IMG/VR virus record: IMGVR_UViG_3300025892_000008
Length of the DNA: 64,000 nt
Direction: 5' to 3' (one strand)
Source: a virus
Taxonomy: Duplodnaviria > Caudoviricetes
Of this stretch, positions 1 through 7,703 are shown piece by piece (position 1 is the stretch's first letter; every line of letters begins with the position of its first letter). The notes under the pieces were generated by a model, which searched no databases, was not told the DNA's origin, and saw nothing but the letters and a program-made list of their open reading frames with translations. A program made the translations under genes and the position numbers.

Positions 1-207
1 TACACTAGAGTCTACTATACTAATATAGGCCCCGCTGCAAGGGTTGTGCGTGTGTGCGTGTATACATGTGTACTATACGTATGAGTCTAGGTTACTGTCA
101 ATATCAACACACAATCAACACAATACCAAGAGTATCAAGAGTGGGGATCAATGGTTCAATAAACGGTTATCAAGGGTGGGATCAATGCCATCAAAGAGTG
201 CATTTAA

Positions 208-240
208 TGGTTGACACAGGCTGTCAAAGGTGCTATTATA
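208..240 (+). promoter_or_regulatory. sigma70-type promoter for the tRNA pair
   Basis: TTGACA followed by TGCTATTAT just upstream of tRNA-Arg. Confidence 0.6.
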
Positions 241-256
241 CGTGTACATTAATTAA

Positions 257-333
257 CTGCCCTTAGCTCAGCAGGATAGAGCAACGGTCTTCTAAACCGT
301 AGGTCAGAGGTTCGAATCCTCTAGGGCAGGCCA
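257..333 (+). tRNA. tRNA-Arg(UCU)
   Basis: Cloverleaf: CTGCCCT/AGGGCAG acceptor, anticodon loop CTTCTAA, GGTTCGAATCC T-arm, encoded CCA. Confidence 0.97.
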
Positions 334-337
334 ATGA

Positions 338-422
338 GCCCGCGTGATGGAATTGGTAGACATAACGGACTTAAAATCCGTGGCCATACGGCGTGCCGGT
401 TCGAGTCCGGCCGTGGGTACCA
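338..422 (+). tRNA. tRNA-Leu(UAA)
   Basis: Anticodon loop CTTAAAA, long variable arm, GGTTCGAGTCC, encoded CCA. Confidence 0.97.
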
Positions 423-485
423 TAAACACTCACTGTGCGCAGCAATGCAGCACGGTGGGTGGGCATAAACAAGAGAGGAATACTG

Positions 486-665
486 ATGGCACGTAAAGCA
501 AAAGTCGTAGAAGAACCAAGAGAGACCCGCACCGAAACCATAGAACAATACCTAGCAAGAGGGGGCAAGGTTACTGTATGCCCACCAGGCCAGCGCAGTG
601 AAGATGTAGCGTACAAAACAGGTCCGAAAAGCAGAGGGCGCAAGAAGAAAACTGAAAAGGATTAA
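486..665 (+). CDS. SutA-like small protein (putative RNA polymerase-binding regulator)
   Basis: GAGGA RBS before ATG 486; TIEQYLARGGKVTVCPPG resembles the SutA-family FLxRGGK(I/V) motif. Confidence 0.5.
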   Translation: MARKAKVVEEPRETRTETIEQYLARGGKVTVCPPGQRSEDVAYKTGPKSRGRKKKTEKD

Positions 666-693
666 CTAACACGTGTAGCAGCAATTGCTGTGG

Positions 694-727
694 GCGCATG
701 CGGCTAGGGTTGCATGCGCTTTTTTTA
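694..727 (+). terminator. intrinsic terminator
   Basis: GCGCATGC/GCATGCGC stem followed by T8. Confidence 0.7.
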
Positions 728-842
728 TGGCACATTGCGTGCTGCGCATGCTGCTACAATTGTTAACAAGTTATGTAGATTTTGGTTGCATTTTGGACAA
801 AACTGTTGTATACTTAGTATAACAATTAAGGAGCGAAAACAC

Positions 843-995
843 ATGTACATAAACTTACAAGACTTATACGCAGCGTTTGCTGCTACTCCGCTACAGCAGC
901 GTTATGCATTCTGCATGCAGCACAGCACTTACAACTTAGCGTACAACATAAATTGGCACAACTGTGCTGCACATTGGAAACAGTACGCAGCATAA
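843..995 (+). CDS. early hypothetical protein
   Basis: Promoter and GGAGCG RBS (830-835) before ATG 843. Confidence 0.7.
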   Translation: MYINLQDLYAAFAATPLQQRYAFCMQHSTYNLAYNINWHNCAAHWKQYAA

Positions 996-1121
996 GCACA
1001 ACGTTGCGCAGCACTGTAGTACTGTGTGCTGCGCACAACTGTTAACATGTTATGTTTATTTTGCTTGCATTTTGGACAAACATGTGCTATATTAAGTATA
1101 CAATAACAACACGGAGCGAAC

Positions 1122-1514
1122 ATGAAGAACACGATAAACATTACTACACGTGAACTAAAACACTTGTGCAACTTTTTAACAAACACTATGAACTACAAAG
1201 TAAACTTAGTAAGTGATGAAGACTTTGCATACGATGAAGACGGCGGCTACAACTGTTACGATTGGGTAGCAGCAACGGACGAACTGTGCGCACAAACTGC
1301 TGCTGTACTAGATAGTTACTTTAATAAAAAGGACACAAGTGCTGCTACAGCACTAGCACATGCTATTGATTACAGATACGATGATGATTGTATTAATGAA
1401 GGTATAAGCGAACACTTTTACGATTACTGCAAGCAGCACAACTGTATGCAGTTGTACTACAAGCAGGCAGACGCACACGATTACGACGGAGAGGATGCTG
1501 CGCTGCGTATGTAA
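1122..1514 (+). CDS. early hypothetical acidic protein (proline-free)
   Basis: Own promoter and GGAGCG RBS; no TC/CC on the coding strand. Confidence 0.8.
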   Translation: MKNTINITTRELKHLCNFLTNTMNYKVNLVSDEDFAYDEDGGYNCYDWVAATDELCAQTAAVLDSYFNKKDTSAATALAHAIDYRYDDDCINEGISEHFYDYCKQHNCMQLYYKQADAHDYDGEDAALRM

Positions 1515-1578
1515 AAAACACTTGACAGTTTGGAAAAACTGTGCTACTATGCAAATATAATAACATTATGGAGCGTAC

Positions 1579-1863
1579 ATGTTAAACACAACACAAGTTA
1601 AAGATTTAGTTAAGCAACGTTTTGGCGGAAGTTTAAAACAAGTATACTTAAACAAATGCTATAGTAATAAACAAGAGATAGCAGACAAACGCAACATGGC
1701 TTTTGCTGTAGATGGAGACGTGTACACAAATGTGGACTTAACAGCACTAGCAAAAGAAATAGGATGCAAGCGTATAAAACTACACGCTGCATTTTTAAGA
1801 GGAATGCAAAGTGGAGCATGGTTACGTTTAATACATGTGCATTATGCATGTAAAAATAATTAA
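1579..1863 (+). CDS. early hypothetical protein (proline-free)
   Basis: TTGACA promoter and GGAGCG RBS. Confidence 0.75.
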   Translation: MLNTTQVKDLVKQRFGGSLKQVYLNKCYSNKQEIADKRNMAFAVDGDVYTNVDLTALAKEIGCKRIKLHAAFLRGMQSGAWLRLIHVHYACKNN

Positions 1864-1931
1864 AATAATGCTTGCATTTTGGATAAAATGAAAGTATAAT
1901 GTATATAACAATTAAGCATAAGGAGCGCAAC

Positions 1932-2069
1932 ATGCAAAAACTACTAAACAAAATTACATTTTATTTTTTAAACAGGGCGTTTACACAAATGGAGCAAAGC
2001 AACGATTTGCAAAATGATGATAAAGTTGCGGAGCACATTGAAGATTATTATACGTATTTTGTAAAATAA
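1932..2069 (+). CDS. early 45-aa hypothetical protein (not in ORF track)
   Basis: Promoter and AAGGAGCG RBS; MQKLLNKITFYFLNRAF...YFVK*. Confidence 0.7.
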   Translation: MQKLLNKITFYFLNRAFTQMEQSNDLQNDDKVAEHIEDYYTYFVK

Positions 2070-2136
2070 CGCTTTACATACTAGCACGCATGTGCTAGTA
2101 TGCATTATAAACTAAAACAACAGCGAGGAGCGCAAC

Positions 2137-2337
2137 ATGGGAATGTACAATTTAATTGAAGACAATGTAGAACAGTTTTACAAACTGGCAACAGCAGCAT
2201 GCGAACAGTGTGAGACACGTGAACAACTGTTAAACACTATGCGCAAGCACACTGGGCTGCTGTGCGGAAGCAGCGAAGCGGATGAGGATGCATGGCACGA
2301 AGGACTAAGCGAGCTGTGGCGTGAGCAGTACGTGTAA
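2137..2337 (+). CDS. early hypothetical protein (proline-free)
   Basis: GGAGCG RBS at 2127-2132. Confidence 0.75.
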   Translation: MGMYNLIEDNVEQFYKLATAACEQCETREQLLNTMRKHTGLLCGSSEADEDAWHEGLSELWREQYV

Positions 2338-2428
2338 ATTAATTTAAAAAAAGTGCATTTAGTACTTGACATTTTGGACAAACTGTAGTACTATGTATAT
2401 ATTAACTTAAACAAACGGAGCGTAACAC

Positions 2429-2893
2429 ATGTTAAACACACAAGCAAACAACACTAAAATTAAAACAGTAACTACACGTGATGGGGACATTGCTGTGCAA
2501 TTGGAAATTGATTTAGCACAGCACAACTTGCAAGTTAACGGACGTAAAGTGGAAAGCATTACTATGTATGCGGATGCGGAATGTAGTGGGGACTTAGCAG
2601 TTAACTGGGAAGAGGAAGACGACAGTAACTACGTACACAACAGCAGCATGCTAATGCGTGACACTAGTGACAGTAACAACAACACGGACACAATGGGACA
2701 GTTTTATTGGGACAGTTGTTTTGATGACACACTTGTGCAACTGTTACAAGAAAATGGATTTAGCAAAAGTGCTAGTGAGGACGTATGCGGAAGTGAATGG
2801 GGCATGCAGGATGTGGGACGTGCAAGTTACGACGCTTTTGCAATAGCAACGGAAATACTTGCAGCACACAACATTGCATATGAGGACGCATAA
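2429..2893 (+). CDS. early hypothetical acidic protein (proline-free)
   Basis: TTGACA promoter and GGAGCG RBS at 2417-2422. Confidence 0.8.
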   Translation: MLNTQANNTKIKTVTTRDGDIAVQLEIDLAQHNLQVNGRKVESITMYADAECSGDLAVNWEEEDDSNYVHNSSMLMRDTSDSNNNTDTMGQFYWDSCFDDTLVQLLQENGFSKSASEDVCGSEWGMQDVGRASYDAFAIATEILAAHNIAYEDA

Positions 2894-3106
2894 CAATATA
2901 CGCTGCGTGTGCAGCACATAGTACTACAACTGTGTGCTGCACAACATGCTGCTGCTGCGCAGCGTGTGCATGCAGACCCCGCTGCACGTATTTGTAAAAG
3001 TTGTTCTTTGTGTTCGCAGTAAGCACATTAGTTAAAAAGTACTTGACAAACACATTTAAATGTAGTATACTACAATCAACAATTAAGTATTAACGGAGCG
3101 TTCAAC

Positions 3107-3418
3107 ATGTATTACATATACGATAAGCAGTCAACACGTATTATCAATAAGCCGTCAAAGCCCTATCTACAATGCTGCTACAAGACGATGGCAGCAGCAC
3201 AGGCACAACTAACACGTATGCATAACAAGCACGTGAAGACTAAGGACAGTGCAACTAGCCCACTGTACACTGCTGCAATTGCAGAAGCAGCGTACTACGC
3301 TAGTAACATTGAGAAGCAGGTGACACGTAAGAACATGATGACGGGTAAACAGTATACAGAGAGTGTTAACACTCCAAGTTACATGTCGCCCAGCAGCGAG
3401 AGCTACTGGAGCATGTAG
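3107..3418 (+). CDS. early phage hypothetical protein
   Basis: Promoter and GGAGCG RBS; C-terminal NMMTGK...NTPSYMSPSSESYWSM recalled as a recurrent phage motif. Confidence 0.8.
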   Translation: MYYIYDKQSTRIINKPSKPYLQCCYKTMAAAQAQLTRMHNKHVKTKDSATSPLYTAAIAEAAYYASNIEKQVTRKNMMTGKQYTESVNTPSYMSPSSESYWSM

Positions 3419-3567
3419 ATAACCCAGACCCCGCTGCAGGGGTCAGGTAGGCAGGCTGCGCAGCATGTGCTGTGGCCGAGTTGAGGTAGAATAGGATTCA
3501 ATCAACAGCAGCGTAACATGAAAGGAGAACACTTTTAACGAAGGCAGACTAGTTAAAGGTGGGGAAG

Positions 3568-3600
3568 CAGCAGCATTGTTCAACAGTGCTGCTGTTTTTT
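3568..3600 (+). terminator. intrinsic terminator
   Basis: CAGCAGCATTGT/ACAGTGCTGCTG stem followed by a T-run. Confidence 0.75.
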
Positions 3601-3693
3601 TATCAACACCCCTTCAACAACTGCATGTGCTGCGTGCGGAGGTGGGGAAGCAGCACACAGTTGTAGTACTGCGTGCTGCTAGTGCTGCGTTAA

Positions 3694-4032
3694 TTAACTA
3701 ACGCAATTGTTATTTTCAATTGTTGCTAACAATGCATTATCTTTATGCACGTGTTGCAAGTAACTGTTAAACATATTTTCAACATATACGTTTTTAGTTT
3801 GTGCGCTTATGCGCAAATCATGCTGTAAACGCATTACGCTTTTTGCTAGTTGCTGCATTGTAGTTTGCTGTTGCTTATAATACGGCGGCTTTTTTGCTGC
3901 TTGCTTTGCTGCATTAATAGCACTGTTAACAGCATTGTACTGCTGCATTTGCTGCTGTGTTAATTTTACATTGCTGTTGCGGAATTGCAAGTAGTTAGCA
4001 TGTGTTACTGTAGTGTTTTTTGTTATTTGCAT
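3694..4032 (-). CDS. early hypothetical Gln/Ala/Asn-rich protein
   Basis: Minus-strand copy of the early promoter and GGAGCG RBS (4036-4041). Confidence 0.75.
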   Translation of the reverse strand: MQITKNTTVTHANYLQFRNSNVKLTQQQMQQYNAVNSAINAAKQAAKKPPYYKQQQTTMQQLAKSVMRLQHDLRISAQTKNVYVENMFNSYLQHVHKDNALLATIENNNCVS

Positions 4033-4280
4033 GTACGCTCCTTATGCTTAATTGTTATATGTATAGTAACATAAAAATTTCCAAAATGCAAGCAAATAAA
4101 ACATAACATGTTAACTAATTTTTCAATGCTGCGCTGCTAGTGCTGCACGCTGAGGCCGTCTCGGCCACATGCACGGGGAGGCGCCTTTTTGTTCTTTTGT
4201 TCTCTTTTTGGTAAATGAGGGGTTGACAAATAATTTTAGTGACTGTATACTGTATATAACAATTAGGAAAAGGAGCGAAA

Positions 4281-4568
4281 ATGATACAAGCACTAGAAGA
4301 GTACGTAGCCCAGCAGAACAGTTGGAACAAGATATTCGACAAGACCCACGTGGACATAGACGTGAATAACATGTCGAAACTACAAGCAGACGATCTAATA
4401 CGTAAACTAGATTCAGAAATGAGCCCAGAAAACTTACACTGTGATGGCGAGATAACCCACAGCCAGGCCCAAGACAAGTATGATTACTTCATGGCAGTGT
4501 GGCAGGACTTGCGAAGTGTATACTATAAAAAGCAATGGACTCTTCCACCAGTTTGGGAATTGGCCTAA
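4281..4568 (+). CDS. early hypothetical protein
   Basis: Promoter and GGAGCG RBS; LSPENLxCDGE-like motif. Confidence 0.8.
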   Translation: MIQALEEYVAQQNSWNKIFDKTHVDIDVNNMSKLQADDLIRKLDSEMSPENLHCDGEITHSQAQDKYDYFMAVWQDLRSVYYKKQWTLPPVWELA

Positions 4569-4646
4569 ATTAATTTGCAATTAGGGGTTGACATTGTTAA
4601 CCACTGACTGTATACTGTAAGAACAATGAAACATAAGGAGCGAAAT

Positions 4647-5675
4647 ATGTCAAAGAAACTAGTTAAGTTTAAAGAGAGCGGCTTTTATAATATACGTGGT
4701 AAGGCCACAGATGTAAAAGGTTTAGAGTTTCCGCTTATTGAAGATTGGAAGAAAGGCGCAGACATGGTCGGCTATGTAACAGTAGACGGATCATACCAAG
4801 CAGGCTTTCCTACAAGAAACATCCGAGTCAAATGTGATCAGAATGCTTTTTCGCTGATTGATCCATCCAAGGCGGCAGCCAAGGCAGAAGAAACAGATGA
4901 GCAGATCATCGAGCGTCTTCGTAAGAGATTTGACATCCTTGAAGACATGACACAGGCTACCAAAGAAGGTACAGTGCGAGCAATGATCGTTACAGGCCCT
5001 CCAGGTGTTGGTAAGTCCTTTGGCGTTGAGAAGACCTTGAACAAGGAAGACTTGTTTAATGTAATGGGTCAGCGAAAGCCAAAGTATGAAGTTGTCAAGG
5101 GTGCAATGTCCGCCATAGGCCTCTACTGTAAATTGTATGAGTTTGCCGACAAGGGTAACGTTGTCGTATTTGATGACTGTGACTCGGTACTACTAGATGA
5201 CCTGTCGCTGAACATTTTGAAAGCGGCATTGGACTCTAGCACAAAGAGAACTATCCATTGGAACACAGACAGCTCGAAGTTGAGAGCAGAAGGCGTACCA
5301 GGATCGTTCGAATTCAAAGCAGGTGCGATCTTTATTACGAACATCAAGTTCGAGAACGTACGAAGCAAGAAGTTGCAGGATCACTTAGCGGCACTAGAAA
5401 GCAGATGCCACTATATTGATCTGCAAATGGATACAGAGCGAGAGAAAGTGCTCCGTATCGAACAGATCGTCAAAGATGGAATGTTAGATACTTACGACTT
5501 CCAAAACGGCGAGGCTGAAGAGGTTGTTGGTTTTATCAATGATCAGAAGAAGAAGTTGAGAGAACTATCTCTCAGAACAGTGTTGAAGATTGCTGATCTT
5601 CGTAAGTCATTCCCAGGCAACTGGAAAGAGATGGCTGAAGTCACTGTAATGAAGACAGGACGATATGCCGCTTAG
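4647..5675 (+). CDS. AAA+ family P-loop ATPase
   Basis: Walker A GPPGVGKS, Walker B VVFDDCD, sensor ITN, SRC arginine finger; start after GGAGCG. Confidence 0.85.
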   Translation: MSKKLVKFKESGFYNIRGKATDVKGLEFPLIEDWKKGADMVGYVTVDGSYQAGFPTRNIRVKCDQNAFSLIDPSKAAAKAEETDEQIIERLRKRFDILEDMTQATKEGTVRAMIVTGPPGVGKSFGVEKTLNKEDLFNVMGQRKPKYEVVKGAMSAIGLYCKLYEFADKGNVVVFDDCDSVLLDDLSLNILKAALDSSTKRTIHWNTDSSKLRAEGVPGSFEFKAGAIFITNIKFENVRSKKLQDHLAALESRCHYIDLQMDTEREKVLRIEQIVKDGMLDTYDFQNGEAEEVVGFINDQKKKLRELSLRTVLKIADLRKSFPGNWKEMAEVTVMKTGRYAA

Positions 5676-5778
5676 GTATATTTTGGACATATTGGGGGTT
5701 GACTTTCGAGTCAACTCTCAGTATAATATAAAGACGCTGGGGACACAAATGGACTCCGGCAATATCAAAGGAGATAAT

Positions 5779-6066
5779 ATGAAACGTTTTAATCCAAAAA
5801 CAAAAACTTTTAAGGTGTTTTCTGCACTTTATAACGGCGATGCTCTAACTTCAGCGAAAGCGAAGAAAATGGGTGTTGGTAACCTTGGTGCGGAAGTATC
5901 AAGAATCAAGCAGAATGGTTATGCTGTATATACAAGTTCACGTAAGGCTGGCAACGGCGTAAGAGTGACTGAGTATGTAATGGGAAAACCATCACGTGAG
6001 ATCGTTGCATTAGGTTATGCGGCTAAATCAAAAGGTTTGACACTAGATACTATTACTAGCATCTAA
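5779..6066 (+). CDS. small basic protein, possibly winged-HTH DNA-binding
   Basis: AAGGAG RBS; LTSAKAKKMGVGNLGAEVSRIKQNGYAV pattern. Confidence 0.55.
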   Translation: MKRFNPKTKTFKVFSALYNGDALTSAKAKKMGVGNLGAEVSRIKQNGYAVYTSSRKAGNGVRVTEYVMGKPSREIVALGYAAKSKGLTLDTITSI

Positions 6067-6084
6067 GTAGTCACAAAAGATACA

Positions 6085-6126
6085 AAAACTGGCGTCATCC
6101 GATTCGCTCCCGGAGCCAGACTTTTT
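6085..6126 (+). ncRNA. 3'-UTR hairpin with anti-GGAGCG loop (copy 1)
   Basis: CTGGC..TCCG-ATTCGCTCC-CGGA-GCCAG; apical 18 nt identical to copy 2. Confidence 0.6.
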
Positions 6127-6129
6127 GGG

Positions 6130-6158
6130 TAGGCACTCTTTGTAGTGCCTATTTTTTT
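6130..6158 (+). terminator. intrinsic terminator
   Basis: TAGGCACT/AGTGCCTA stem followed by T7. Confidence 0.85.
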
Positions 6159-6251
6159 GACTAAAATAATCCAAAATAAATTGCATTTAGGGGTTGACTT
6201 CTTGAACAATAGAAGGTATAATGTATATAACAATTAGGAAAAGGAGCGAAT

Positions 6252-6413
6252 ATGTACCAAGATATAGATGTAAGAGACCAAGCAATTGAAATGGTAGAAG
6301 ACGGTCAAGTCGATGCTAAGGCAATGCTAATTATGGCTCTGAAGTATATGAGCACAGACGACGTGGCTGATATGCTAGATACGAACGAATTATCAGAAAG
6401 ATTTGGTAATTAG
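6252..6413 (+). CDS. early 53-aa hypothetical protein (not in ORF track)
   Basis: Promoter and AAGGAGCGAAT RBS; MYQDIDVRDQAIEMVEDG... Confidence 0.75.
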   Translation: MYQDIDVRDQAIEMVEDGQVDAKAMLIMALKYMSTDDVADMLDTNELSERFGN

Positions 6414-6485
6414 GGGTTGACATATGATGCAGATGATTGTATTATATAATAACAAACTTAGACAATTAACAGAAAGAGGTCAATT

Positions 6486-7565
6486 ATGAGCGACATGAGT
6501 ATAAGGCAGGTTGGGCCTAAATCAGCCAAGACATCGATTGCATTCGCAATTAAAATGAAACGCCCTACATTTTTATGGGGCCCTCCAGGCATTGGTAAAT
6601 CAGATCTAGTTCAGCAGATTGGTGCTGATACTGATCGTGAGGTTATTGATGTTAGGTTGGCACTATGGGAGCCGACAGACATTAAAGGTATTCCATACTT
6701 CGATTCCAATGCAGGAACGATGACATGGGCACCGCCGGCAGAACTTCCTACAGACCCTGATAGCAAGGCTATCTTGTTCTTAGACGAATTAAACTCTGCT
6801 CCACCAGCCGTGCAAGCCGCGGCCTATCAGTTAATCCTTAACCGTAAGGTAGGAACTTATGTATTGCCTAAAGGCGTTGACATTGTCGCCGCAGGTAATA
6901 GAGATGGTGATAAGGGTGTCACATACAGGATGCCGGCTCCTTTGGCGAACAGATTTGTTCACTTGGAGATGAAGGTAGACTTTGATGATTGGCAGGACTG
7001 GGCTACCTTGCACGGTATCAATCCTGAGGTAGTTGGTTATATTGGTTATGCCAAGCAGGACTTATATGACTATGATCCAAAGAGTCCTTCGAAGTCATTT
7101 GCAACTCCTCGTTCTTGGAGTTTCGTGAGTGACTTGGTTAGCGATACTGAGATTGATACAGAGTCGTTGACTAATTTGGTATCAGGCGCAATTGGCGATG
7201 GGTTGGCTGTGAAGTTTATGGCCCATAGAAAGATTGCTTCTAAACTTCCTAAGCCAGATGATATCCTTGACGGTAAGGTTAAGGATCTTGAAATTAAGGA
7301 AGTATCAGCGATGTATTCCTTAACCGTTGGACTCTGCTACGAGTTGAAAGACAGAGCAGACAAGAAGGTTAGCGATTGGGATAAGATGGCTGACAGGTTC
7401 TTTGAGTATATGATGAAGAACTTTCCTACAGAACTTGTCGTGATGGGAGCCAAGACAGCTCTTACAAATTACGACTTGCCCTTAGACGCTTCTAAAATGA
7501 AATCCTTTGATGAGTTTCATAAGAGGTTTGGCAAATATGTTATGAATGCTATGGAGACAGATTAA
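6486..7565 (+). CDS. MoxR-family AAA+ ATPase
   Basis: GPPGIGKS, LFLDELN, AAGN, LANRF motifs. Confidence 0.9.
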   Translation: MSDMSIRQVGPKSAKTSIAFAIKMKRPTFLWGPPGIGKSDLVQQIGADTDREVIDVRLALWEPTDIKGIPYFDSNAGTMTWAPPAELPTDPDSKAILFLDELNSAPPAVQAAAYQLILNRKVGTYVLPKGVDIVAAGNRDGDKGVTYRMPAPLANRFVHLEMKVDFDDWQDWATLHGINPEVVGYIGYAKQDLYDYDPKSPSKSFATPRSWSFVSDLVSDTEIDTESLTNLVSGAIGDGLAVKFMAHRKIASKLPKPDDILDGKVKDLEIKEVSAMYSLTVGLCYELKDRADKKVSDWDKMADRFFEYMMKNFPTELVVMGAKTALTNYDLPLDASKMKSFDEFHKRFGKYVMNAMETD

Positions 7566-7640
7566 TTGACCTACTCCATAGGTATCATAGGGTGCAAGGG
7601 GTCTAAGCCTTGCACCCACCCTAATTTAATTCAAAATAGT

Positions 7641-7698
7641 GGTTGACACTTTGGATAAAAGAAGGTATAATGTATATAACAATTAGGAAATGGAGCGA
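7641..7698 (+). repeat. representative early promoter-RBS repeat (near-identical at 10662-10719; related copies at about 20 sites from 785 to 13982)
   Basis: GGTTGACAnTTTGGATAAAAGAAGGTATAATGTATATAACAATTAGGAAAnGGAGCGA. Confidence 0.9.
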
Positions 7699-7703
7699 AA
7701 CAT

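Noticed and set aside
321-643. Minus-strand ORFs 321..548 and 371..643, and the 435 start of the SutA-like ORF
   Set aside because: They overlap the tRNA genes; the RBS-supported start is 486.
929-3053. Minus-strand ORFs 929..1186, 1610..1951, 2178..2381 and 2772..3053
   Set aside because: Shadow ORFs opposite promoter- and RBS-supported genes, or spanning promoters.
3478-3560. Lysine or glycine riboswitch resemblance (GAGGTAG..GAAAGG..CGAAGG)
   Set aside because: Too short, the required helices could not be built, and no downstream gene lies on that strand.
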